Positions 8,104-17,558 of a stretch of DNA of 64,000 nt are shown here, in pieces (positions within the stretch are counted from its first letter, which is position 1; every line of letters begins with the position of its first letter). The DNA lies in assembly GCA_022701985.1 (NCBI GenBank), contig JAKONK010000053.1, forward strand, positions 1,320-65,319. Reading direction: 5' to 3'. The stretch comes from Actinomycetales bacterium. GTDB lineage: Bacteria; Actinomycetota; Actinomycetes; Actinomycetales; Quadrisphaeraceae. The translations under genes and the position numbers were made by a program. Under the pieces are notes generated by a model. That model saw only the letters and a program-made list of their open reading frames with translations. It ran no database searches and was not told the DNA's origin.

Positions 8104-10286
8104 CGGCCGGCGTCCCAGCCGTCGGCGGGGTCGTCGAGGGCCCGCGCCGGGGGCGTCGGGTGCGCAGCGGGGGCCGTTGGGGGGGATGCAGGGGCCTGCG
8201 CCGCCCGGTCCGGCTGTTCGCGGCGGCGGCGGTCGAGGTGCGGCGGGGGCGGCAGCAGCGGCTCGAGCCCGTGGCGCACCTGCTCCGCGACGGCCTCGGC
8301 CGGGGCGCCGGCGTCGACCACGAGGTAGCGGCGGCGGCTGCGCCGGGCGATCTCGCGGAACCGCTCGCGGACGGCGGCGTGGAACTCCTCCGGCTCGCGC
8401 TCGAGACGGTCGAGGTCGGAGCCGAGGCGCCCGCGGGCACGGGCCGGGTCCAGGTCGAGCAGGACGGTCACGTCGGGGAGCAGGTCCTCGGTGCCCCACA
8501 TCGACAGCGAGGCGACCTCGTCGCCGTCGAGGTGGCGACCCGCGCCCTGGTAGGCCACGGAGGAGTCGACGTAGCGGTCGGTGACCACCACCACCCCCCG
8601 GGCCAGGGCGGGCCGCACCACGGTCGCGACGTGGTGGGCGCGGTCGGCCGCGTAGAGCAGGGCCTCGGCGCGCGGGGCCACGTCACCGCCGTGGAGCAGC
8701 AGCTCGCGGATGCGCAGGCCGAGCTCGGTGGCCCCCGGCTCACGGGTGAGCAGCACCTCGTGCCCCTGCGCGCGGAGCCGCTCGGCGAGCAGCCGCGCCT
8801 GCGTGCTCTTGCCCGCGCCGTCGCCGCCCTCGAGGGCCACGAAGAAGCCCGGGCCGGAGCGGCGCCGCTCCGGCCGGGCGGTGGCGCGCAGCCGCCAGGC
8901 GCGGGCGAGGTCGTCGCGCAGCGGGCCCGCCTGCCCGTCGTCGAGCACGCGGTAGGCGGCCAGGCCGATGCCGGTGGCGAGCACCGCGGCGACCAGCAGC
9001 GTCAGGGCGGCGCCGTTGTAGGTGACGCCCGCGTCGTCGGTGATGTCGATCCGGTGCGTGCCGAAGAGGGCGGCGAGCGCCGGCGCGAGGGCCAGGACGC
9101 CGACGAGCACCACGCGGGCCGAGGACTGGACGAACGCGAAGGTGCGGCCGCGCACCTCGTCGGCCACCTCCAGGCCGAGCAGCGTGTAGCCGGTCACCCA
9201 GGCGACGCCGCCGCAGGCGCCGACCACCACGGACAGCGCAGCGACGATGACGATGTTGGGCACCAGCGCCAGCGGGAACAGCGCCAGGCCCGCCAGCACC
9301 AGGGACAGGGCGAAGAGCCGCCAGCGCGGCAGGGCGGCCAGCACCCGCGGGCCCGTCCACATGCCGAGCGCCAGCCCGGTGAACACGGCGGCGAACAGGA
9401 CGCCGTAGCCGGGGTCACCGGCGCCGAGGTCCTCGACGAAGGTCCGGGCGACGCCGATGACGAACCCGCCGGCCGCGAAGGCGCCGAGCATGCCGACCAC
9501 CAGGCCGCGCACCAGGGGCGTCACCCAGACGTAGCGCCAGCCGTCGAGGATGCTCCGGCCCACGCCGAGCGGCTCCTCGCCGTCGTCGGTGCGCGCGGCG
9601 GTGGAGCGCGGGGGGATGACGAGGCCCGCGACCACCACGGCGGCCACCAGGTAGGTGACCCCGTTGCCGTACAGCGACAGCGAGACGCCGTCGAGGCCGC
9701 CGGGCAGCACGGGGTTGAGCAGCGAGAGGCCGCTGAAGAGGAGGGCGGCCACCGGCGCGGTGCCGTAGGTGACCACCAGGGTGAGCTGGTTGGCCGCCTC
9801 CAGGCTCCTGCGGGGCACGAGGTTGGGGACGGTCGCGTCCTTGGCGGGGGTCCAGAACAGCCCGACCACCTCGATCAGGACCGTGGCGACCAGCAGCCAC
9901 CACAGCTCGCCCACCACCGGGATCGTGATGAACAGCAGGCCGCGGAGCACGTCGCCGACGACCATCGTGGTCTTGCGGTCCCACCGGTCGGCGACGACGC
10001 CGGCGAGCGGCCCGAAGACGATGGCCGGGGCCAGGCGCAGGACGAGCACGCCGGCCACCGCGAGGTTGGCGGCGGCGTAGTCCTCCAGGCCGCCGCCCTC
10101 GGCCGTGCCGCCCGACAGGCTCACGGCGAGCGCCGTGGTGGCGAGCAGACCGAGCCAGTCACCGAGGCTCGACAGCCCCAGGCACCACCACAGCTGCCGG
10201 AACGGCCTGATGGCGAGCACGGCGCGCACGCCGTGGTCGGGCTCGACCTGCGCGGCGGCGCCGCCCGGCACCGCTGCGTCCGTCAC
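8100..10286 (-). CDS. tmk: MFS transporter-dTMP kinase fusion
   Basis: N-terminal ~12-TM MFS domain (GVVADRWDRK), C-terminal EGGDGAGKST, TREPG and DRY; start GTG 10286 with TACCCT 6 nt upstream. Confidence 0.9.
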   Translation of the reverse strand: MTDAAVPGGAAAQVEPDHGVRAVLAIRPFRQLWWCLGLSSLGDWLGLLATTALAVSLSGGTAEGGGLEDYAAANLAVAGVLVLRLAPAIVFGPLAGVVADRWDRKTTMVVGDVLRGLLFITIPVVGELWWLLVATVLIEVVGLFWTPAKDATVPNLVPRRSLEAANQLTLVVTYGTAPVAALLFSGLSLLNPVLPGGLDGVSLSLYGNGVTYLVAAVVVAGLVIPPRSTAARTDDGEEPLGVGRSILDGWRYVWVTPLVRGLVVGMLGAFAAGGFVIGVARTFVEDLGAGDPGYGVLFAAVFTGLALGMWTGPRVLAALPRWRLFALSLVLAGLALFPLALVPNIVIVAALSVVVGACGGVAWVTGYTLLGLEVADEVRGRTFAFVQSSARVVLVGVLALAPALAALFGTHRIDITDDAGVTYNGAALTLLVAAVLATGIGLAAYRVLDDGQAGPLRDDLARAWRLRATARPERRRSGPGFFVALEGGDGAGKSTQARLLAERLRAQGHEVLLTREPGATELGLRIRELLLHGGDVAPRAEALLYAADRAHHVATVVRPALARGVVVVTDRYVDSSVAYQGAGRHLDGDEVASLSMWGTEDLLPDVTVLLDLDPARARGRLGSDLDRLEREPEEFHAAVRERFREIARRSRRRYLVVDAGAPAEAVAEQVRHGLEPLLPPPPHLDRRRREQPDRAAQAPASPPTAPAAHPTPPARALDDPADGWDAGR

Positions 10287-10370
10287 CGCAGCAGGGTAGC
10301 CGCGCCGACCGCTGCCGGCGGCACCGTCCACAGCCCGAGCCGGACGGAGCCTGCGGGGGCTGCCGGCCGG

Positions 10371-11255
10371 TCAGGCGGTGAGCGGGTAGACCGCCACCGG
10401 GGTGGAGGTCGGGGTCTCGCTCCCGCCGGCCGGCTCGAGGGTCACCGCGACCGCGTCGGCACCGTCGACCGCCCCGGAGAGCACGGCCGCGGAGCCGGCG
10501 CCGGCGAAGGTGCCCGCCGGGCGGGCCGCGTCACCGGTGACGAACCAGAGCTGCCACGTGCGCCCCGAGGGGGCGTCCTCGACGCCGGTCGGCACCAGCA
10601 CGGCCTCCCCCAGCGAGCGCGACACCACGACCCGGCTGCTGCCCCAGCCCTCGGCGCCGCCCTGGGCGTCCACGAGCTGGGCGTCCGGCGCACCGGCGAC
10701 CTGGGTCACCGCCAGCGCCACCTGCTGGGCGGACCGCGCCTCCTCGCGCCACTGCAGCGCGGCGTACCCGCTGACCGCGGCGCCGGCGACGACCACGGCC
10801 GCGGCGGCCGCGGCCAGGCCCTGCACCCAGCGGCGGGGGGCCCTGCGGCCGGTGGTGCCACCGGCGCGAGCGGCGGAGGTCCGGTCGGTCTCGCGCCGCG
10901 CACGGCGGCGGGACAGCTCGTCGTCGGGCTCGGACGCCGACGCCGCGGGGGCGACCGCGGCCGGGAGCGCCGGCAGCTGGGGGACGTCGTCGAGCGCCGC
11001 CATCACCCGGGCGCGCAGAGCCGCCGACGGCGCCTCGGCGGGCTCGTCGGCCACGGCAGCCGCCAGCGCTTCGCGCACCTCGACCAGCTCCTCACGGCAG
11101 TCGGCACAGCCGCGGAGGTGGGCCTCGGCGGCCGCGGCCTCCTGGGGGTCGAGGGCGTCGACGGCGTACAGGGACGTCAAGCCGTGCGCACCGCCGTCGT
11201 ACCCGTCCACGCCTCCCCCTCCGCTCCTCACGTCTCCCCGACCCGTCTGGCTCAT
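10371..11255 (-). CDS. rskA: Anti-sigma factor, RskA-like, with a ZAS motif
   Basis: HLRGCADC (HxxxCxxC), one TM helix, C-terminal WQLW and AVTLEPAGGS; ATGA overlap with the sigma gene. Confidence 0.85.
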   Translation of the reverse strand: MSQTGRGDVRSGGGGVDGYDGGAHGLTSLYAVDALDPQEAAAAEAHLRGCADCREELVEVREALAAAVADEPAEAPSAALRARVMAALDDVPQLPALPAAVAPAASASEPDDELSRRRARRETDRTSAARAGGTTGRRAPRRWVQGLAAAAAAVVVAGAAVSGYAALQWREEARSAQQVALAVTQVAGAPDAQLVDAQGGAEGWGSSRVVVSRSLGEAVLVPTGVEDAPSGRTWQLWFVTGDAARPAGTFAGAGSAAVLSGAVDGADAVAVTLEPAGGSETPTSTPVAVYPLTA

Positions 11256-11860
11256 GATGCGCTCCCGGCCGCGGGCTCCCCGCGGGCCAGGTCGACCCTC
11301 AACCGCTGCAGGCCGTCGCGCAGGCGCGTCTTGACCGTGGGCACGGGGACCCCCAGCTGCGCGGAGATCTCCGTGGACGTCCGGCCGCCCCAGTAGGCCA
11401 TCACCACGGCCTCGCGCTGCAGCTCGGTCAGGCCCGTGAGCGCCTTCCGCACCCGGGACTCGTCCTCGTGCTGGAGCACCTGCTCGGACACCTCGTCGTA
11501 CTCCACACGGCCCTCGCCCGCCACGACGCGGTCCTCGCGGTCCTCGCGGGCGCGCACCGAGCGCACCCTGTCGACGGCGCGGCGGTGGCCGATGGTGGTG
11601 GCCCACGCGCCCACCGACCCCGCGGAGGGGTCGTAGCGGGCGGCCTGGCGCCAGACCTCCAGCAGCACCTCCTGCGTGACCTCCTCGGCCATGGAGGGGT
11701 TGCGCAGCACCGCGCGCGTCACGGCCAGGACCTTGGGCGCCACGGCGTCGTAGACCTCGCCGAAGGCGTCCCGGTCACCGGCGGCGACCCTCGCCATGGA
11801 CGCGGCCAGGGGGTCGACGGCGCGCTCGCGGTCCGCACCGGTCCCACCTCCCCCGCTCAC
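11252..11860 (-). CDS. sigK: ECF sigma factor, SigK-like
   Basis: Region 2 AEEVTQEVLLEVWRQAARYD, HRRAVDRVRS; region 4 TVKTRLRDGL. Confidence 0.85.
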   Translation of the reverse strand: MSGGGGTGADRERAVDPLAASMARVAAGDRDAFGEVYDAVAPKVLAVTRAVLRNPSMAEEVTQEVLLEVWRQAARYDPSAGSVGAWATTIGHRRAVDRVRSVRAREDREDRVVAGEGRVEYDEVSEQVLQHEDESRVRKALTGLTELQREAVVMAYWGGRTSTEISAQLGVPVPTVKTRLRDGLQRLRVDLARGEPAAGSAS

Positions 11861-11888
11861 CGCGCCACCTCGGCGCTCTCAGGACGTG

Positions 11889-11914
11889 TTCGGTCCTGAG
11901 GGGGTCGCGGATGG
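11889..11914 (-). promoter_or_regulatory. SigK-type promoter of sigK-rskA
   Basis: Minus strand CCATCC-GCGACCCCCTCAGGA-CCGAA (N15), 28 nt upstream of the start. Confidence 0.75.
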
Positions 11915-11981
11915 GAGCCGATCGGGTGGACCACGCTCGCGACCGTAACCGCTCGGTGCTGCTCGGCGCGCGCGATGGTGA

Positions 11982-14804
11982 TCAGCCCTTGCGCGCCGCC
12001 CCGGCGCTCTTGGCCGCGGGCTTCCTCGCCGCCGGCTTGCGCGCGGCGGGCTTCTTGGCGCCCTTGGTGGCCGGGCCCTTGGCGCGCTTCTCGGCGAGCA
12101 GCTCCGCCGCCCGCTCGATCGTCACGGACTCGACGGAGTCGGCGGTGCGCAGGGTCGCGTTCGTGGTGCCGTCGGTGACGTAGGGGCCGAAGCGCCCCTC
12201 CTTGACGACGACGGGCGCGCCGCTCGCGGGGTCGGTGCCCAGCTCCCGCAGGGGCGCCGCCGCCGCGCGACCGCCGCGGCCCCGCTTGGGCTCGGCGTAC
12301 AGGGCCAGGGCCGCCTCGAGGGTCACGTCGAAGAGCTGGTCCTCGCTGGTGAGCGACCGGGAGTCGGTGCCCTTCTTCAGGTAGGGCCCGTAGCGGCCGT
12401 TCTGGGCGGTGATCTCCTCACCGGTGGCGGGGTCGGTGCCCACCAGGCGCGGCAGCGACAGCAGGCGCAGCGCGTCGTCGAGGGTGACGGTCTGCAGCTG
12501 CATGCTCTTGAACAGCGACCCGGTGCGCGGCTTGGCGCTCTTGGGCGCGCCGTCCTCCAGCACCTCGGTGACGTACGGGCCGAAGCGCCCGGCCCGCACG
12601 ACGACGGTCCGCCCCGTGGCCGGGTCGGTGCCGAGCTCGCGGTCGCCGTCGCCGGCGGCCTCGAGCAGCTCGCGCGCCTTGGCGGGCGTGAGCTCGTCGG
12701 GGGCGAGGTCGTCGGGCACGGGCGCGCGCTGCGGGTCGGAGCCCTCCGGGGAGCCCTCCGCCGGGGGCAGCTCCAGGTAGGGCCCGTAGCGCCCGACGCG
12801 CAGCGTGATGCCCTCGCCGACGTCGAGGGAGTTGATGCCGCGCGCGTCGATGTCGCCGAGGTCGTCGACCAGGGGCTTCAGGCCCGTGCGCGCACCCGGT
12901 GCGGCCGGGCCCGAGCCGGTGCCCGCACCGCCGGAGGCGGCGGCACCGCCCTCGGCGCCGAAGTAGAACCGGCTCAGCCAGGCGCGGCGGTCCTCGGACC
13001 CGCCGGCGATCCTGTCGAGGTCGTCCTCCATCTCGGCGGTGAAGTCGTAGTCGACGAGGTGGTCGAAGTGGTCCTCGAGCAGCCTGATGACGGCGAACGC
13101 CAGCCAGCTGGGCACGAGGGCGCTGCCCCGGCGCCAGACGTACCCGCGGTCGGAGATCGTGGCGATGGTGGCGGCGTAGGTGGAGGGGCGGCCGATGCCG
13201 CGCTCCTCCAGCGCCTTCACCAGGCTCGCCTCGGTGTAGCGCGGCGGCGGGGAGGTCTCGTGGCCGTCCGCGGAGGCGTCGAGGACGTCGACGCGCTGGC
13301 CCTGGACGAGCTCGGGCAGGCGGCGCTCGGCGTCGCCGCCACCGGAGTGCCGCTCCTCGTCGCGGCCCTCCTCGTAGGCGGCGAGGAAGCCGCGGAAGGT
13401 GATGACGGTGCCCGAGGTCGACAGCTCGACCTCGCGGGCGCCGGCGGTCAGCGAGCCGGTGCCGGGAGCGAGGGCGACGTCGCCGGCGAGGCGGACCGTG
13501 GCGGTGGAGCCGCGGGCGTCGGCCATCTGGCTGGCGACGGTGCGCTGCCAGATCATCTCGTAGAGGCGGAACTCCTCGCCCCGCAGCTGGCCCGCGACCT
13601 GCGCCGGGGTGCGGAAGACGTCGCCGGAGGGGCGGATCGCCTCGTGGGCCTCCTGGGCGTTCTTGGCCTTGGAGGAGTAGGTGCGGGGCGCCGCCGGCAC
13701 GTACTCGGCGCCGTACAGCTCGGCGGCCTGGGAGCGCGCCGCGCTCACGGCCTGCTGCGACAGCGAGACCGAGTCGGTGCGCATGTAGGTGATCCAGCCG
13801 TTCTCGTACAACGACTGGGCGGTGCGCATCGTCTGCCGCGCGGACGAGCCGAGCTTGCGGCTGGCCTCCTGCTGCAGCGTGGAGGTGGTGAACGGCGCCG
13901 CGGGCTTGCGCGTGTAGGGCTTGGTCTCGAGCGAGCGGACCACGAGGGCGTCGGAGCCGGCGTCGCGCAGGGCGCCGGCGACGGCGGTGGCGGCGGTCTC
14001 GTCCAGGCGCACCAGGCCGGCGCCGAGGCCGGCGGCGCGCTCGGTGAGCTGGCCGCTGTCGGCGAAGTCGCGGCCGGTGGCCACGCGGGCGCCGTCGACG
14101 GCCACCAGCCGGGTGGTGAAGCGCTGGGACGCCCCGGCGCCGGCCGGGGAGGTGCCGGCCTGGACGTCCCAGTACGACGCCGAGCGGAAGGCCATGCGCT
14201 CGCGCTCGCGCTCGACCACCATCCGGGTGGCCACCGACTGCACGCGGCCGGCGGACAGGCCGGCGCGGACCTTGCGCCACAGCACCGGGGAGACCTCGTA
14301 GCCGTAGAGCCGGTCGAGGATGCGGCGGGTCTCCTGCGCGTCGACCATGTGCGCGTCGATGTCGCGGGTGGACTCCAGCGCCCGCTGGATGGCCTCGCGG
14401 GTGATCTCGTGGAAGACCATCCGCTTGACCGGGACCGTCGGCTGCAGCGTCTGCAGCAGGTGCCAGGCGATCGCCTCGCCCTCGCGGTCCTCGTCGGTGG
14501 CGAGGTAGAGCTCGTCGGCGTCCTTCAGGGCCCGCTTGAGCTCGGTGACCTTCTTCTTCTTGTCGGCGTCGACGACGTAGTACGGCTCGAAGCCGTTGTC
14601 GACGTCGACGGCGAACTTGCCGAAGGGGCCCTTCTTCATCTCCGCGGGCAGCTCCGAGGGCTGCGGCAGGTCGCGGATGTGGCCGACGCTGGCCTCGACC
14701 TCGTACCCGTCGCCCAGGTAGCTGGCGATGGTGCGCGCCTTGGCGGGCGACTCGACGATGACGAGCCGGCGCACGGGCGCTGCGGAGGTGGAGCTTCGGG
14801 CCAC
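11982..14804 (-). CDS. topA: DNA topoisomerase I
   Basis: IVESPAKA, ATDEDREGE, SAGRVQS, ITYMRTD; actinobacterial C-terminal repeats and Lys-rich tail. Confidence 0.98.
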   Translation of the reverse strand: MARSSTSAAPVRRLVIVESPAKARTIASYLGDGYEVEASVGHIRDLPQPSELPAEMKKGPFGKFAVDVDNGFEPYYVVDADKKKKVTELKRALKDADELYLATDEDREGEAIAWHLLQTLQPTVPVKRMVFHEITREAIQRALESTRDIDAHMVDAQETRRILDRLYGYEVSPVLWRKVRAGLSAGRVQSVATRMVVERERERMAFRSASYWDVQAGTSPAGAGASQRFTTRLVAVDGARVATGRDFADSGQLTERAAGLGAGLVRLDETAATAVAGALRDAGSDALVVRSLETKPYTRKPAAPFTTSTLQQEASRKLGSSARQTMRTAQSLYENGWITYMRTDSVSLSQQAVSAARSQAAELYGAEYVPAAPRTYSSKAKNAQEAHEAIRPSGDVFRTPAQVAGQLRGEEFRLYEMIWQRTVASQMADARGSTATVRLAGDVALAPGTGSLTAGAREVELSTSGTVITFRGFLAAYEEGRDEERHSGGGDAERRLPELVQGQRVDVLDASADGHETSPPPRYTEASLVKALEERGIGRPSTYAATIATISDRGYVWRRGSALVPSWLAFAVIRLLEDHFDHLVDYDFTAEMEDDLDRIAGGSEDRRAWLSRFYFGAEGGAAASGGAGTGSGPAAPGARTGLKPLVDDLGDIDARGINSLDVGEGITLRVGRYGPYLELPPAEGSPEGSDPQRAPVPDDLAPDELTPAKARELLEAAGDGDRELGTDPATGRTVVVRAGRFGPYVTEVLEDGAPKSAKPRTGSLFKSMQLQTVTLDDALRLLSLPRLVGTDPATGEEITAQNGRYGPYLKKGTDSRSLTSEDQLFDVTLEAALALYAEPKRGRGGRAAAAPLRELGTDPASGAPVVVKEGRFGPYVTDGTTNATLRTADSVESVTIERAAELLAEKRAKGPATKGAKKPAARKPAARKPAAKSAGAARKG

Positions 14805-14964
14805 GGACGGGCCTGCCTTCCGGGTGGGGACGGTCTGGGACGGGGTTCGGGACGAGCGCTCGGCGACGGCTGGCGGTGGTCTTCACGGCCGCTGCGCCAC
14901 GGCGAGTGTGCAGGACGCAGCGGTGGGGCGTGGGCCGGACGGGTCCGGCCGGGTCGCCCGGGCC

Positions 14965-15972
14965 TCAGCCGGAGCTGCGCCCCTCGGGGCCCGGCGGCCG
15001 CGCGGCGGGCGCCGCAGCGGGCTGCTCGCCGAGCACGGTACCCCCCGCCGGTCCGGCCGCTCCCCCGCCGCTCGGTCGGCGCGCCCCGACGACGGGTCCG
15101 GAGGACGCCGGAACCATCCGGTCGGCGGCCCGGTCGCCGGCCCGCTGGAGCAGGAGCAGCACCAGCAGCCCCGCGCACGCGGCCCCGCCGACGCCGAGGG
15201 CGCCGCCGACGCCCGCGACCAGCTGCCCCGCGCGGCCGGTCGGCTCGGGGGGCACGGCCACCCACACCGCCGCCAGCGCCGCCGCTCCGCCCGCCAGGCC
15301 GACCGCCGCCCCGACGACCAGGACGGTCCCCGCGGCCGCGCGGGCCGAGGAGCCCGCCCCGCCCGAGGCCCGGCCGCCGGCCAGGGGCGCGAGCAGGGCG
15401 CCCCAGGCCAGGACCACCAGCGCGGCGGCGACGACGTCGCTGGGCCGGTGCCACCCCGCGGCGAGGGTCCCGACGCCGATGACCGCCGTGTACGCGGCGC
15501 CGACCACGGCCACGAGCGGGCGCAGGCGCACCGGGGAGACGAGCAGCGCAGCGGCGGAGACCGCCGCCGCGAACGTGGTGTGCCCGGAGGGCAGGGAGTT
15601 GTCGAGGGCGTAGGTGACGTCGAGGTCGGGCCTGACGAGCAGCAGGCGCTTGACCACCTGGGTGGTCGCCAGCGCGCCCACCACCAGCGCCACGGCCGCC
15701 AGGGCGAGCCGGACCCGCCGCTGCACCAGCGCGGCCACCGCCACCGCCGCCAGCGCCGCGAGCACCGCGAGCGCCGAGACGCTGTCGAGCACGAGGTCGG
15801 CGCTGTCCTGCAGGCGCCACAGCCGGGCGCGGGCGCCGGACAGGGCGGCCTCGTCGACGGCCTGGCCGTGCGCGGTGGCGACGAAGACGCGGTGGAGCAC
15901 CACGACCCCGGCGGCGCAGGCCAGGGCGACGAGCACCCCGGCCACGAGGGGCGGGCGGGCACCGCGGGTCAC
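14965..15972 (-). CDS. PAP2-family membrane phosphatase
   Basis: KRLLLVRP, SLPSGHT and WHRPSDV motifs; GTG start overlaps the methyltransferase stop. Confidence 0.82.
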   Translation of the reverse strand: MTRGARPPLVAGVLVALACAAGVVVLHRVFVATAHGQAVDEAALSGARARLWRLQDSADLVLDSVSALAVLAALAAVAVAALVQRRVRLALAAVALVVGALATTQVVKRLLLVRPDLDVTYALDNSLPSGHTTFAAAVSAAALLVSPVRLRPLVAVVGAAYTAVIGVGTLAAGWHRPSDVVAAALVVLAWGALLAPLAGGRASGGAGSSARAAAGTVLVVGAAVGLAGGAAALAAVWVAVPPEPTGRAGQLVAGVGGALGVGGAACAGLLVLLLLQRAGDRAADRMVPASSGPVVGARRPSGGGAAGPAGGTVLGEQPAAAPAARPPGPEGRSSG

Positions 15973-17543
15973 GAGGGCCACTCCAGGAGGCCGTCCTCCA
16001 CCAGCCCGCGCACCTGCGGCAGCAGCTCGGCGCGCAGCTGCGCGGCGTCGACCTCCAGCAGCACGGCCAGCGCCCCCACCACCTGGCCGACCGCCAGCTC
16101 GCCGTCGCAGGCGCCGACCAGGCCGGCCAGGGCGGTCCCGACCGACGCCGTGCGCCCCAGCCCGCCGCCGGCCCGCAGCAGGACGGCGCGGGGTCCGCCC
16201 TCGCCGGGGCGGGCGTGGCGCTCCTCGGTGACGTCGTCGGCCACGCGCAGGCGCGCGGCGAGCAGGTCCTCGTCGCGCGCGGTGGCGAGGCGGTCCCGCG
16301 CCGCCAGGACGGCGGCGACGTGGCCGCCGAGCGGGCCGTCCAGGCGGCCGGTGACCTCCTCGACGCGGCGCCAGCGCGGTCGCGCAGGGGAGCCGGCCGC
16401 GCCGGCGGGCGGGGCGTGCAGGACGACGAAGCCCAGCCCCACCGCCTCGACGCCGCGGGCGGCGAAGTCGTCGAGCCACGCCTCCAGCAGGGCGTCGGCG
16501 ACCGGGCCGGGGCGCTGGCCGCCGTCGCGGATCCAGGTCTCGGCGTAGTCGGCCGGGTCCTGCACCTCGCGCTGCACCACCCAGCCGTCGAGGCCCGACT
16601 CCTCCAGCCATCCGGTGACCCGGTCGTGCCAGCCCTCGCCGGCGCGGTGCTCCCAGTTGCCGAGCAGCTGCGCGCTGCCGCCGGGCGCCAGCACGGCGCC
16701 GAGGCCGGTGACCAGGCGCCGCACCACCTCGTCGCCGACGAGGCCCCCGTCGCGGTACTCCCAGCCGGGCACCCCCGCGGCCCGGGGGGTCACCACGAAC
16801 GGCGGGTTGGAGACCACCTGGTCGTACCGCTCGCCGGCCACGGGCTCCAGCAGGCTCCCTCGGCGCAGGTCGAGCTCCACCCCGGCGAGCGCGGCGTTGA
16901 AGGCGGCGAAGTCCAGGCAGCGCTGGGAGGTGTCCGTGGCGGTGACCGAGCGGGCGTGGCGCGAGGCGTGCAGCGCCTGGACCCCGCTGCCCGTGCCGAT
17001 GTCCAGCACGCGGCCCACGGGCTCGCGCACCGCGAGGCGGGCCAGGGAGGCCGAGGCCCCGCCGATGCCGAGGACGTGCTCGACGGGCAGCGCCTCCCCG
17101 GTGACGGGCTCACCGAGGTCGGAGGCGACCCACCAGGTCACCTCGCCGCCGGTGCCGGTGGCGCTGCCCGCGGCGCTGTGGGGGCGCAGGTCGACGGCGG
17201 CGCGGACCTCGTCGTCGGGCGCGGCGCCCGCGGCGCGCACCAGGCCGGCGGCCTCCGCGCCCGCGGCACCCGCGGCCGGCAGCGCGCGGTCGAGGGCGGC
17301 GCGCGGCACCGGCCGGCCGAGGAGGAAGAGCCGGGTGAGCACGGCGGCGGGGTCGCCCGCGGCGGCGGGCGCCTCGGTCACCCGCAGCGCGGGCACCAGC
17401 GACTCCCGGCGCAGCGCGGCCTCGGCGACCGTGCCCAGCAGCTCCTCGACGCCGTCCACGGTCCACCCGGAGGCCTCGAGGTCGTCCCTCAGGGGTGCGA
17501 CGACGCCCCCCGGCAGCACGGGCGCGGGGGGCGTCGTCGTCAT
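15969..17543 (-). CDS. Class I SAM-dependent methyltransferase (HemK/MTS-like)
   Basis: LDIGTGSG and VSNPPF motifs; TACCGT 7 nt upstream of the ATG. Confidence 0.85.
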   Translation of the reverse strand: MTTTPPAPVLPGGVVAPLRDDLEASGWTVDGVEELLGTVAEAALRRESLVPALRVTEAPAAAGDPAAVLTRLFLLGRPVPRAALDRALPAAGAAGAEAAGLVRAAGAAPDDEVRAAVDLRPHSAAGSATGTGGEVTWWVASDLGEPVTGEALPVEHVLGIGGASASLARLAVREPVGRVLDIGTGSGVQALHASRHARSVTATDTSQRCLDFAAFNAALAGVELDLRRGSLLEPVAGERYDQVVSNPPFVVTPRAAGVPGWEYRDGGLVGDEVVRRLVTGLGAVLAPGGSAQLLGNWEHRAGEGWHDRVTGWLEESGLDGWVVQREVQDPADYAETWIRDGGQRPGPVADALLEAWLDDFAARGVEAVGLGFVVLHAPPAGAAGSPARPRWRRVEEVTGRLDGPLGGHVAAVLAARDRLATARDEDLLAARLRVADDVTEERHARPGEGGPRAVLLRAGGGLGRTASVGTALAGLVGACDGELAVGQVVGALAVLLEVDAAQLRAELLPQVRGLVEDGLLEWPS

Positions 17544-17558
17544 GGTGCCGACGGTACG

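Noticed and set aside
8160-11396. 1078-aa plus-strand ORF
   Set aside because: Antisense shadow of tmk/rskA, typical of high GC; no motifs
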